A DNA stretch of 64,000 nucleotides from positions 672,001 through 736,000 of the forward strand of contig OZ239628.1 of NCBI GenBank assembly GCA_965195345.1, in the 5' to 3' direction. Position 1 is the first letter of the stretch. The number at the start of each line of letters is the position of its first letter. This DNA is from an uncultured Thiomicrospira sp. (GTDB taxonomy: Bacteria > Pseudomonadota > Gammaproteobacteria > CAKMZV01). Positions 53,136 through 64,000 of the stretch are shown here, in pieces. Below the pieces are notes generated by a model, which was not told the DNA's origin, did no database searches, and saw nothing but the letters and a program-made list of their open reading frames with translations. Made by a program: the position numbers and the translations under genes.

Positions 53136-53489
53136 CTATGTCTCTTGGACGAACATCACGGTGTTCCCAGCTGGATCGCTGACTTGAGCAAGTTTTATAA
53201 ATCCTAAGTCCTGCGTTTCGCTAGGGGTTACACCAGCGTTTTCACAAACTGCCCTCTGTACTTCGATATCGTGGACACTACAAACTACAAATGATTTACC
53301 TGCAAGGCTTGAGTCAGGAGCAACCGAAACCTGAATCCAAGCATTTTCTACCAGCTTCCATTCGGCGATTCCCTCATCAGGCGTAACATCAGGCTCGCGC
53401 CCAAGCCATTTGGCGTACCATTCGACAGCTTCAGCGAAATCATTCACGTGAAGAACGGAGACTACACTCGTGAAATTATTATTGGGCAT
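53136..53489 (-). CDS. VOC/glyoxalase/bleomycin-resistance family protein
   Basis: V.DFAEAVEWY..WLG and DPAGN motifs; 117 aa. Confidence 0.85.
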   Translation of the reverse strand: MPNNNFTSVVSVLHVNDFAEAVEWYAKWLGREPDVTPDEGIAEWKLVENAWIQVSVAPDSSLAGKSFVVCSVHDIEVQRAVCENAGVTPSETQDLGFIKLAQVSDPAGNTVMFVQET

Positions 53490-53698
53490 ATTTAGTTTCC
53501 TTAATAGTTAGTTTTCAGTAAAACACCAGCAATCGTGATTTTATTTTTCTATAATTATTTCTGACATGGTCATTTTTCCTACACATGTATATGATTCAAA
53601 TGTCGCCAGAAAAAAGCACACCGTTAACTTACCACAAAGCAAGTGGTAATGGATTAGCTTGGAGAAGTTTTTTTCGTTTTTAGTGTGTGAAATAAATG

Positions 53699-54235
53699 CT
53701 ATTGGTAGGTAACTTGCACGCCAATTTCTTCTAACATTGTTGGAAGGGTTATGCAACGTATTCTCTCATGTGAGCATATTTTTGGCATTTTCAAAAACAT
53801 TTTACTGTCATTATCCTCTGATGATTCTTCTGTCACCACAGAGACATCAGACCCTTTCAGCTCCAATGCATATAGGATCAATTGAAAATCTGCACCATCA
53901 ATTGCCGCTTCCCTCTCTTTCTCGTACTCCTCAGAGGCTAATTCTTTTTGGTTTTTAATGCGCTTATTGCACCAATTATTATCAATACGTCTGTGGGTTT
54001 TTCCCTTTTCAACTTCGACCTTTTTTTGAGTTTTAACGCTTTTTAAAAAACCCAGTTTTTCAATTACCAGACCTTTTGATACACTGCCAATCTCTTCTTT
54101 TACAGAATCCAATAAAATTATTTGTTTTTCCGAAAAACTTGATTTGATTTTATTGAACAAGATATCTTCGTCATCAAAAGGTTGATAATAACGCACAAAA
54201 GATAATAAAGAAGACGTATCTATTACAAATTTCAA
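53699..54235 (-). CDS. PIN-domain protein (DUF4411-like), putative toxin
   Basis: IDTSSLL, V.EEI, ADFQLILYA, VVTEE, KMPKIC. Its TTG start overlaps the upstream TGA stop (TTGA). Confidence 0.8.
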   Translation of the reverse strand: MKFVIDTSSLLSFVRYYQPFDDEDILFNKIKSSFSEKQIILLDSVKEEIGSVSKGLVIEKLGFLKSVKTQKKVEVEKGKTHRRIDNNWCNKRIKNQKELASEEYEKEREAAIDGADFQLILYALELKGSDVSVVTEESSEDNDSKMFLKMPKICSHERIRCITLPTMLEEIGVQVTYQ

Positions 54236-55440
54236 AAGTCATCCCCGTAAAGAAATGTATCTATATATCCCTTCTTGACTTGCTTAATATTTGGCTTAAA
54301 GCGTTTAATGATATCCATTTCTTCAATAGTCCCTTCAAAAAAAGCATAGTGATATACTCTTTTTTCTAAATTTGAATGAATTGGCTTTGGTTGTGAGAAA
54401 AATTGGATTTTCCCTTGTCTTGTGTCCTCTTCCCTTTTTTCTGCATCTCTGAGCATTTTCTCGTTATGTTCATCTTTTAAAGACAGTCTAAGACTTTCGT
54501 ATGCCCTCCAAGTAATTTTTTGTTCATTGAGGAAGTGTGCATAGATAGCTAATCTGCTGATATGAATATCCTTTGATAATTTTTTTATTTCAGCATTATG
54601 TATATCAGGTTGATCATCAAATTTTTTATACATTTCTTCAGTGGTTGTTTTCTCATTTAAAATAAATGCAAATGCAAATGCATTACACCAATTCTCTATA
54701 TCTTTCAAGCTTTCTTCGCGGGCTTTTTTAAATGGAGATTGATCAATCTCTTCAGAGTCAAGAAGATAATGACCAAGTTCATGAGCTAATGTAAATATCT
54801 CTCTTTTAAATGCATTTTGTTGACGTTTAATGGCAATAGTATTTGGTTTTAAAAACACTCCCTCCCAAGATATTGCTTTGTCAGGTTTTGTGTGGTTTCT
54901 GTCAATAAATTCATAGACTATGATTCCTAAATTAGCAAATGTTTGAATCATTAAGTTCAAATATTTTCGATCATCTCTACAATTATTTAACTTTGTGAAA
55001 TCAACTTGATCTCTAATTTTTTGCGCAACTATTTGAGGGTTGGTTCGCACATCGTAAGTTTTTAATTGCCGTTTTGGAAGTTTATATCCCGAAAGTTTTA
55101 CAACAGCGCTTAGTCCTTGCGAAGAAGATTCAATTTCGCTTATTTTCATACGATCGCGAAACTCTAATGGACTATTAAATGATTCTTTACGAAAGAATAA
55201 AGATGTGTCTCCTGATCTTGGAATATCTTGAGGATTAGTGTAGAAAGATAACCCTTTTTTGAAAAAAGCTTTATCAAGTGCCTTCAATGCATTTAACAGA
55301 ATGTTTGAACAAAAAACATTAGATTCGCTGAATTCTCTCTTGCGTTTTGCATTGATTTTTTCCAATATATCATGCTTATTAACATCGTACAATTCCATCA
55401 GATGTTCAAGCCTTTTATAGTTTATTTCTATTGTGCTCAT
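54232..55440 (-). CDS. ImmA/IrrE family Zn metallopeptidase with N-terminal HTH-like region
   Basis: REIFTLAHELGH (HExxH) and IENWCNAFA. Confidence 0.85.
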   Translation of the reverse strand: MSTIEINYKRLEHLMELYDVNKHDILEKINAKRKREFSESNVFCSNILLNALKALDKAFFKKGLSFYTNPQDIPRSGDTSLFFRKESFNSPLEFRDRMKISEIESSSQGLSAVVKLSGYKLPKRQLKTYDVRTNPQIVAQKIRDQVDFTKLNNCRDDRKYLNLMIQTFANLGIIVYEFIDRNHTKPDKAISWEGVFLKPNTIAIKRQQNAFKREIFTLAHELGHYLLDSEEIDQSPFKKAREESLKDIENWCNAFAFAFILNEKTTTEEMYKKFDDQPDIHNAEIKKLSKDIHISRLAIYAHFLNEQKITWRAYESLRLSLKDEHNEKMLRDAEKREEDTRQGKIQFFSQPKPIHSNLEKRVYHYAFFEGTIEEMDIIKRFKPNIKQVKKGYIDTFLYGDDF

Positions 55441-55935
55441 AAAATCTAAATTATGTGGAATATTTCAGTGCAGTGAATTTTTGAACAATCATTTTAACTG
55501 AATTAGCAGATGTTATTCAATCCATTTAACTTGAAGCATTTTCTCCGAAAGTCTAATTTTGCAGATTTGCAGATAAGAGAAGCGCGATGCGCGGTAAAAT
55601 GTCGTTGCTCTGTGGGGTTACGTTTCCTCGGTCATAGTAGTCTAATTCCCACTGTGCCAAGGCAAGTTTAGCTGAGTCTGCGCGTGAGCGCTTTAAAAAA
55701 GCAGCAACAGGAGATGTGGTTGTAATCAACTGAAGTGTGGTTTACTTTTCGTAATTTATACTGAAAAGTGCCACTAAACAAGTATTTTTCAATTAAACCG
55801 GCGTTATTTTATTGAATGTGATTAATGACGGAATTTTTATTAAAACCATCATTTAAAAGCAGCACCTTATTAAGGTAAAACCATTTTTTCTAAAAGTTGA
55901 GGCGTTTTTGTCCTGCAAGAACGCATGCGAAATAA

Positions 55936-55952
55936 TATAATGCGCGCCGCAC
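55936..55952 (+). promoter_or_regulatory. putative -10 element and GC-rich discriminator of the atp operon
   Basis: TATAAT at 55936-41 followed by GCGCGCCGC. The first ATG is only 11 nt further on. Confidence 0.4.
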
Positions 55953-56195
55953 ATGAAGAAGCCATCGCAATCAGTAAACTTTTTGTTATCAGGAATGGGT
56001 ACTATGTTTGCGGCAATGGTTATAGTGGGTTTTGGGTTGGGTTATCTGCTAGATTCCATTTTTGATACGCGACCATGGTTGATGATAGGAACAGGACTGC
56101 TTGGGTTGATTGGTGGCTTTTTTCGAATGAATGAGATGCTAAAACAAGTTTCAGAGCTTCAAGAAAAAATATTGAAGGAAAAAGAAGAACAGTGA
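55953..56195 (+). CDS. AtpZ/AtpI-family (ATPase gene 1) membrane protein
   Basis: GFGLGYLLD..FDT.PW and G..G..GGF pattern. First gene of the atp operon. Confidence 0.85.
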   Translation: MKKPSQSVNFLLSGMGTMFAAMVIVGFGLGYLLDSIFDTRPWLMIGTGLLGLIGGFFRMNEMLKQVSELQEKILKEKEEQ

Positions 56196-56572
56196 ATACG
56201 AAACCATCTTCCCAGAAAAAAAAGGCATTTTTAATTCAAATGGTTGTGGCAGTTTTAGTAGCTCTAATGTATGCGATTTTGAACCCCACGACTGTGTATG
56301 CCCTGGTTTACAGTGTTTTTGTGGGGATGGTTTACGCAATGATATTGATGCTGAGTTCAAAGTTATCAGATACGGCATCTGAGCGCGATCCAAGGCAAGG
56401 CATGATGGTTCTTTATGCTGGCGCGGTTATTCGCTTTTTATTGGTTGGTGCTTTGCTTGCGATAGGGATAAGAAATTGGGTAGAAACGCCACTTCCAGTG
56501 GTTTTACCGTTTATGATAATGCTGTTTGCACCAATGCTTTTATTGATCAATAAAAAGCGCTTGACAGACTAG
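56192..56572 (+). CDS. atpI: ATP synthase protein I
   Basis: About four TM segments, LYAGAVIRF, immediately before atpB. Confidence 0.75.
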   Translation: MNTKPSSQKKKAFLIQMVVAVLVALMYAILNPTTVYALVYSVFVGMVYAMILMLSSKLSDTASERDPRQGMMVLYAGAVIRFLLVGALLAIGIRNWVETPLPVVLPFMIMLFAPMLLLINKKRLTD

Positions 56573-56595
56573 TAGAAATAATTTTGAGAGATTGA

Positions 56596-57456
<861 letters not shown>

Positions 57457-57490
57457 TCATTTTCAAATTTAAAAAAATAGGAGTACTCTA

Positions 57491-57736
57491 ATGGAAGCAA
57501 TTATTTCATCGACAGCTATAGCGGTGGGCATGATGTTGGCAGCAGCGGGATTGGGTTCAGCCATTGGTTGGGGTTTAATTTGTGCAAAAACTCTTGAAGG
57601 GATTGCACGTCAACCTGAAATGCGTCCTGTATTGATGACAAATACATTTATTTTTGCCGGACTTATGGAGTCATTTCCATTTATCATTTTGGCGTTTGCT
57701 ATGTGGTTTACATTTGCAAATCCATTTTTGGGTTAA
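57491..57736 (+). CDS. atpE: ATP synthase Fo subunit c
   Basis: ARQPE loop; the carboxylate is Glu, in GLMESFP. Confidence 0.97.
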   Translation: MEAIISSTAIAVGMMLAAAGLGSAIGWGLICAKTLEGIARQPEMRPVLMTNTFIFAGLMESFPFIILAFAMWFTFANPFLG

Positions 57737-57771
57737 ATCCATCCTTCACAACCCACTAAACGGAGAAGACC

Positions 57772-58248
57772 GTGGAAATTAATATTACACTGTTTATTCA
57801 AGTTGTCGCCTTTTTGGTGTTGATTTACTTTGTGCGCAAAGTATTGTGGGGACCTATGGTTTCTGCAATGGAAGCGCGTCAAAAGAAAATTGAAGATGGT
57901 CTTGAGGCTGCTAATGAAGGACGAAATCAGCTTGAAAAGGCTGAAGAAAATGCACGTGATATTTTAGCTGAAGCCAAAAAAGAAGCATCTAGTATGTTGG
58001 ATGACACGCACAAACGCGAAGCTGAGATTATTGAAGCGGCAAAAGAGGCTGCTATTGAAGAGGCGAATAAAATTCGTCTTGCTAATGATGCAGCTGTTGA
58101 GCAACAAATTTCCAGCGCACGCGAAGCTTTGCGTGAGGAAGTGGGCTCTTTGGTTATTGAGGCAGCTAAAAAAGTTATTATGCGCGAATTGGACGATAAA
58201 AAACATGCGGATATCATTCAAGATGCAACCAATAAATTAGCATCATGA
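57772..58248 (+). CDS. atpF: ATP synthase Fo subunit b
   Basis: N-terminal TM helix, RQKKIEDGL, coiled coil. Confidence 0.95.
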   Translation: MEINITLFIQVVAFLVLIYFVRKVLWGPMVSAMEARQKKIEDGLEAANEGRNQLEKAEENARDILAEAKKEASSMLDDTHKREAEIIEAAKEAAIEEANKIRLANDAAVEQQISSAREALREEVGSLVIEAAKKVIMRELDDKKHADIIQDATNKLAS

Positions 58249-58784
58249 GTTCACAAGCAGCTATAGCAAGACCCTATGCCAAAGCTATTTTTGAAATGGC
58301 CGTGGATGGTGATTCTGGAGAGAATTGGCGTGAATCGTTAACTGTATTGAGCAAAGCATTGGAAGATGAAAAACTCTCCAAATTGATCAACGACCCACGT
58401 GTTGAAAAAAGTATTTTGAGTGATGTTTTAAGTCAGGTTCTGGCAAAAAATGGCTTTAATGAGAGTCAAGTGAATTTGGTTCAGCTTTTGACAGAGAACA
58501 AACGTTTGAGTATGTTCAATGAGGTGAGAGATGCTTTTAATAAATTACTTGATGAGTATCAACAAAAAAAGCATTGCAAAGTCCTATCTGCAGTAGTGTT
58601 GAATAGCGAGCAACAAAATAACGTTAGAAAATCTTTGAGTAAAAGATTTGGTGGTGAGATTGACGTTCTTTATGAGGTTGATGCTTCTGTAATAGGTGGT
58701 TTGCGTATAGAAATGAACGACAGAGTTATTGATGAGACTCTGTTAAGGCGTATTAAACAGTTAGAAAGTGACATTCTGCAGTGA
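58245..58784 (+). CDS. atpH: ATP synthase F1 subunit delta
   Basis: IARPYAKAIF, LTENKRL, SVIGG. Confidence 0.95.
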   Translation: MSSQAAIARPYAKAIFEMAVDGDSGENWRESLTVLSKALEDEKLSKLINDPRVEKSILSDVLSQVLAKNGFNESQVNLVQLLTENKRLSMFNEVRDAFNKLLDEYQQKKHCKVLSAVVLNSEQQNNVRKSLSKRFGGEIDVLYEVDASVIGGLRIEMNDRVIDETLLRRIKQLESDILQ

Positions 58785-58792
58785 GGTAACAC

Positions 58793-60331
58793 ATGCAACT
58801 TAACCCTTCTGAAATTAGTGATTTAATTAAAAAACGTATTGACGCTTCCGATGTCAGTGCGCAAGAAACAAATGAAGGCAGTATTATTACGATTGCCGAT
58901 GGTATCGCCCTTATATATGGGCTTTCCGATGTGCAGTACGGTGAGATGGTACAACTGGATGAGACAACGTTTGGATTGGCTCTTAACTTAGAAGAAGACT
59001 CTGTCGGTGTGGCAGTGTTGGGCGCTTACGAACATTTGTCGGAAGGAGATAAAGTCAAATGTACAGGGCGTATTCTTGATGTGCCAGTTGGCGAAGCGTT
59101 GCTTGGACGTGTTGTTGACGCTTTGGGTCGACCCATTGACGGCAAAGGTGAAATAAAATCCACTGAACGTAGTCCAGTAGAACGTATTGCTCCTGGTGTT
59201 ATTGCACGTCAAAGTGTATCTCAAGCAATGCAAACAGGCATTACTTCGATTGACGCTATGGTACCTATTGGTCGTGGTCAACGTGAACTAATTATTGGTG
59301 ATCGCCAAACTGGGAAAACTGCCATTGCGATTGACGCGATTATTAATCAAAAGCATACAGGCGTTAAATGTGTTTACGTTGCCATTGGTCAAAAGGCTTC
59401 CTCAGTTCGTTCAATCATAACGAGACTTGAAGAAGCAGGGGCGATGAGTTATACAACGGTTGTGGCTGCTAATGCTTCTGATGCGTCTGCTCTGCAATTT
59501 TTAGCACCGTATTCAGGGTGCTCAATGGGCGAATATTTTCGTGACCGAGGCGAAGATTCGTTGATTATCTATGATGATTTGACAAAACAAGCTTGGGCAT
59601 ATCGTCAAATATCCCTATTGTTGCGCCGTCCTCCTGGTCGTGAAGCTTACCCAGGTGACGTTTTCTATTTGCATTCGCGTTTGCTTGAAAGAGCCTCTCG
59701 AGTGAATGTCGAATATGTTGAAAAGCATACAAACGGTAAAGTAACAGGAAAAACGGGATCGTTGACGGCATTGCCTATCATTGAAACACAAGCGGGTGAC
59801 GTATCAGCATTTGTTCCAACCAATGTTATTTCAATTACAGATGGACAAATATTCCTTGAAACGAGTTTGTTTGCACAAGGTGTTCGTCCTGCTATAAATG
59901 CTGGATTGTCTGTTTCTCGAGTTGGTGGGGCGGCTCAGACTAAGATTATTAAAAAACTTGGTGGGGGCGTTCGTCTTGACCTTGCTCAATATCGTGAGTT
60001 ACAAGCCTTTTCACAGTTTGCTTCAGATTTAGATGACGCTACTCGTGCACAACTTGAACGCGGTCAACGTGTTACCGAGTTAATGAAACAGCCACAATAC
60101 TCTCCACGATCATTAGCTGAAATGGGAATCTCCTTATACGCAGCGAATAATGGTTATTTGGATGATATTGATGTTTCTCGAATAGTCGAGTTTGAAAAAG
60201 GTTTGCATCAGAACCTTAATTCGACGGCTAAAAAATTAGTCGAGAAGATAAACGAAGCAGGTGATTTCAATGAGGAAATTGAAGCTGAATTGAAAGAGAC
60301 ACTTGTGGGTTATAAAAAAACATTTGTATAA
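58793..60331 (+). CDS. atpA: ATP synthase F1 subunit alpha
   Basis: [30 protein letters not shown]. Confidence 0.98.
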   Translation: MQLNPSEISDLIKKRIDASDVSAQETNEGSIITIADGIALIYGLSDVQYGEMVQLDETTFGLALNLEEDSVGVAVLGAYEHLSEGDKVKCTGRILDVPVGEALLGRVVDALGRPIDGKGEIKSTERSPVERIAPGVIARQSVSQAMQTGITSIDAMVPIGRGQRELIIGDRQTGKTAIAIDAIINQKHTGVKCVYVAIGQKASSVRSIITRLEEAGAMSYTTVVAANASDASALQFLAPYSGCSMGEYFRDRGEDSLIIYDDLTKQAWAYRQISLLLRRPPGREAYPGDVFYLHSRLLERASRVNVEYVEKHTNGKVTGKTGSLTALPIIETQAGDVSAFVPTNVISITDGQIFLETSLFAQGVRPAINAGLSVSRVGGAAQTKIIKKLGGGVRLDLAQYRELQAFSQFASDLDDATRAQLERGQRVTELMKQPQYSPRSLAEMGISLYAANNGYLDDIDVSRIVEFEKGLHQNLNSTAKKLVEKINEAGDFNEEIEAELKETLVGYKKTFV

Positions 60332-60344
60332 AGCGGAGTAAGTA

Positions 60345-62611
<2,267 letters not shown>

Positions 62612-62640
62612 GATTGATCATCGCATAAAGGGAATAAATA

Positions 62641-63072
62641 GTGTCTGTAATAAATGTTGATATAGTAAGTGCTGAAGAGTCTATTTTTTCTGGGCAAGCT
62701 GAAATGGTTTTTGCTCCAGCTGAGGGCGGTGAAGTAGGTATTCTTCCAAAACACACGCCAATGCTTGCACAGCTAAAGCCGGGTGAAGTTTGTATACGTA
62801 ATGATGCCAATGATCAGTACTTCCTCATATCAGGTGGTTTCATCGAAATTCAACCTGATCAAGTCGTGATTTTGGCTGATACTGCTGTTCGTGCAAAGGA
62901 TATTGACGAAGCAAAAATTATGGAAGCTAAGAAAAAAGCAGAAGAAGCGATGGAAAATGCAAAAAGTGATTTTGACGTTGCTAAAGCGGAATCAGAATTA
63001 GTTAATCTTAACGCACAAATGCAAGCACTGTCTAAATTGCGTAGCAAACTGAAAACACAAGGGCACTCGTAG
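62641..63072 (+). CDS. atpC: ATP synthase F1 subunit epsilon
   Basis: GEVGILPKH, SGGFIEIQP, C-terminal helices. Confidence 0.96.
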   Translation: MSVINVDIVSAEESIFSGQAEMVFAPAEGGEVGILPKHTPMLAQLKPGEVCIRNDANDQYFLISGGFIEIQPDQVVILADTAVRAKDIDEAKIMEAKKKAEEAMENAKSDFDVAKAESELVNLNAQMQALSKLRSKLKTQGHS

Positions 63073-63406
63073 TACATAATAGTAGTATGCTCTCTTAGGG
63101 CGATTTTAGTATCATCGCTGAATCCATTATAAAGAGTCGATTTTCGACTTTCAGTCTCTGGATACTGGACGTTTAGTATTTAAAAATATTCATCGTTCTT
63201 ATTCTCATCAAAGTCTGGCATATAGAATATTCTGTACCGTTATTTTTTGGCATACGGTGACCAAGAAGTAATTGAGAGTTCAATGCCCGTTTAATTTTAG
63301 GTATGTTCCATAAATACACATATTGGTTTAGAGGAATCAATATAATTGCAGATATGGAATAAGTACCTATAAGATTTTTAATGAATTTCAAAAAAAGGAA
63401 AATTAA

Positions 63407-63691
63407 ATGAAAATTACCAAACAAGTTGTTTTTATTGCAAAAGATGGTTGTGTAGAAGAATTGAAGCGTTTGTTATCCACCATGGTTTTACCGTCCAAAG
63501 CGTCAAATGGCTGTGAGTTGTATGACATTTTCCAAGCACGTGATGAGTCAAATAAATTTATAGTTGTTGAGTCATGGCGTGATGAAAAAGCTTTGGATGG
63601 GCATAAGTCATCTGCTCATTATGCGCATTATAAGTCCAATTTTGAGCAATATTGTGCTGACAAATATGTCATAGATTTAGACTTTATTTGA
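63407..63691 (+). CDS. antibiotic biosynthesis monooxygenase-family (quinol monooxygenase-like) protein
   Basis: GCELYD, F.VVESW, AL..H...AHY pattern; 94 aa. Confidence 0.8.
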   Translation: MKITKQVVFIAKDGCVEELKRLLSTMVLPSKASNGCELYDIFQARDESNKFIVVESWRDEKALDGHKSSAHYAHYKSNFEQYCADKYVIDLDFI

Positions 63692-63710
63692 CCTTCATCA
63701 ATTTTTAAAG

Positions 63711-64000
63711 ATGAAAAATTTATGGTCCGAAGAAATAGCGAGTAGCTTTACAGGTGATGTAGCTAAGCGCGTTTACACATCAAACCTTATTGGTCAAGAT
63801 GATCGTTTAGTCTTGCATGGGGGAGGAAACACGTCAGTCAAATCTACTGTAGATATGGAAGAAATTCTATTTGTTAAAGGTAGTGGATGGGATTTAATTA
63901 CCATTAAAGAAGAAGGTTTTTCTCCAGTTCGAATGCATACGTTGTTGGAATTGGCTCAATTGGAGCACTTAACTGACAGTGATATGGTTGTGCGACAAAA
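63711..64000 (+). CDS. class II aldolase/adducin-family protein (RhaD-like aldolase-dehydrogenase N-terminus; runs off the window edge)
   Basis: Manual translation: MKNLWSEE...RVYTSNLIGQDDRLVLHGGGNTSVK...FVKGSGWDL. Confidence 0.85.
   Translation, partial: MKNLWSEEIASSFTGDVAKRVYTSNLIGQDDRLVLHGGGNTSVKSTVDMEEILFVKGSGWDLITIKEEGFSPVRMHTLLELAQLEHLTDSDMVVRQ

Noticed and set aside
52940-53700. Possible integron cassette (attC) around the VOC gene
   Set aside because: I found no convincing RYYYAAC...GTTRRRY paired ends and no integron integrase. The GATC-rich similarity between ~52980 and ~53120 is too loose to call.
57491-57736. Na+-translocating ATP synthase suggested by the ES motif
   Set aside because: The helix-1 Gln/Glu ligand is replaced by Trp and the Thr/Tyr ligands are missing, so H+ coupling is more likely.
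63135-63149. Hairpin AGTCGA-ttt-TCGACT after atpC as the operon terminator
   Set aside because: The stem is only 6 bp with a short U-tract, too weak to call with confidence.

Overview
A 64 kb chromosomal window from an AT-rich, probably marine gammaproteobacterium (taxonomy is inferred from gene families). In order, it contains: the 5' end of a surface-polysaccharide cluster (asnB-like amidotransferase, GT4, UDP-glucuronate epimerase, rfbB); a TRAP transporter; housekeeping genes (htpG, psd, aat, trxB, folD, thiI, aroC, prmB, trpS, tal); genes for catabolism of methylated osmolytes (DddP-like DMSP lyase, carnitine dehydrogenase-thioesterase fusion, dimethylglycine dehydrogenase-like enzyme with ETF); a pstCAB-phoU-pstS phosphate operon; a ~16 kb defence/accessory island; and the full F1Fo ATP synthase operon. 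The best candidate for an undescribed system is in the island. It is a two-methyltransferase Type I R-M operon (NPPF and NPPY subunits, the m6A/m4C subgroup) with a DUF262 + HNH-like + Schlafen/AlbA_2 fusion gene inserted between the two hsdM genes and translationally coupled to both. This resembles PrrC-type back-up or guard nucleases. Elements missing from the ORF track include a broken Xis-type HTH gene and a 12-bp tandem repeat before hsdM1, an internally deleted IS3 remnant, twin palindromic operators around the Fic promoter, and a nested stem-loop upstream of the dimethylglycine dehydrogenase-ETF operon. No rRNA, tRNA or CRISPR array was seen. All calls come from recognising motifs by eye, with no database searches.
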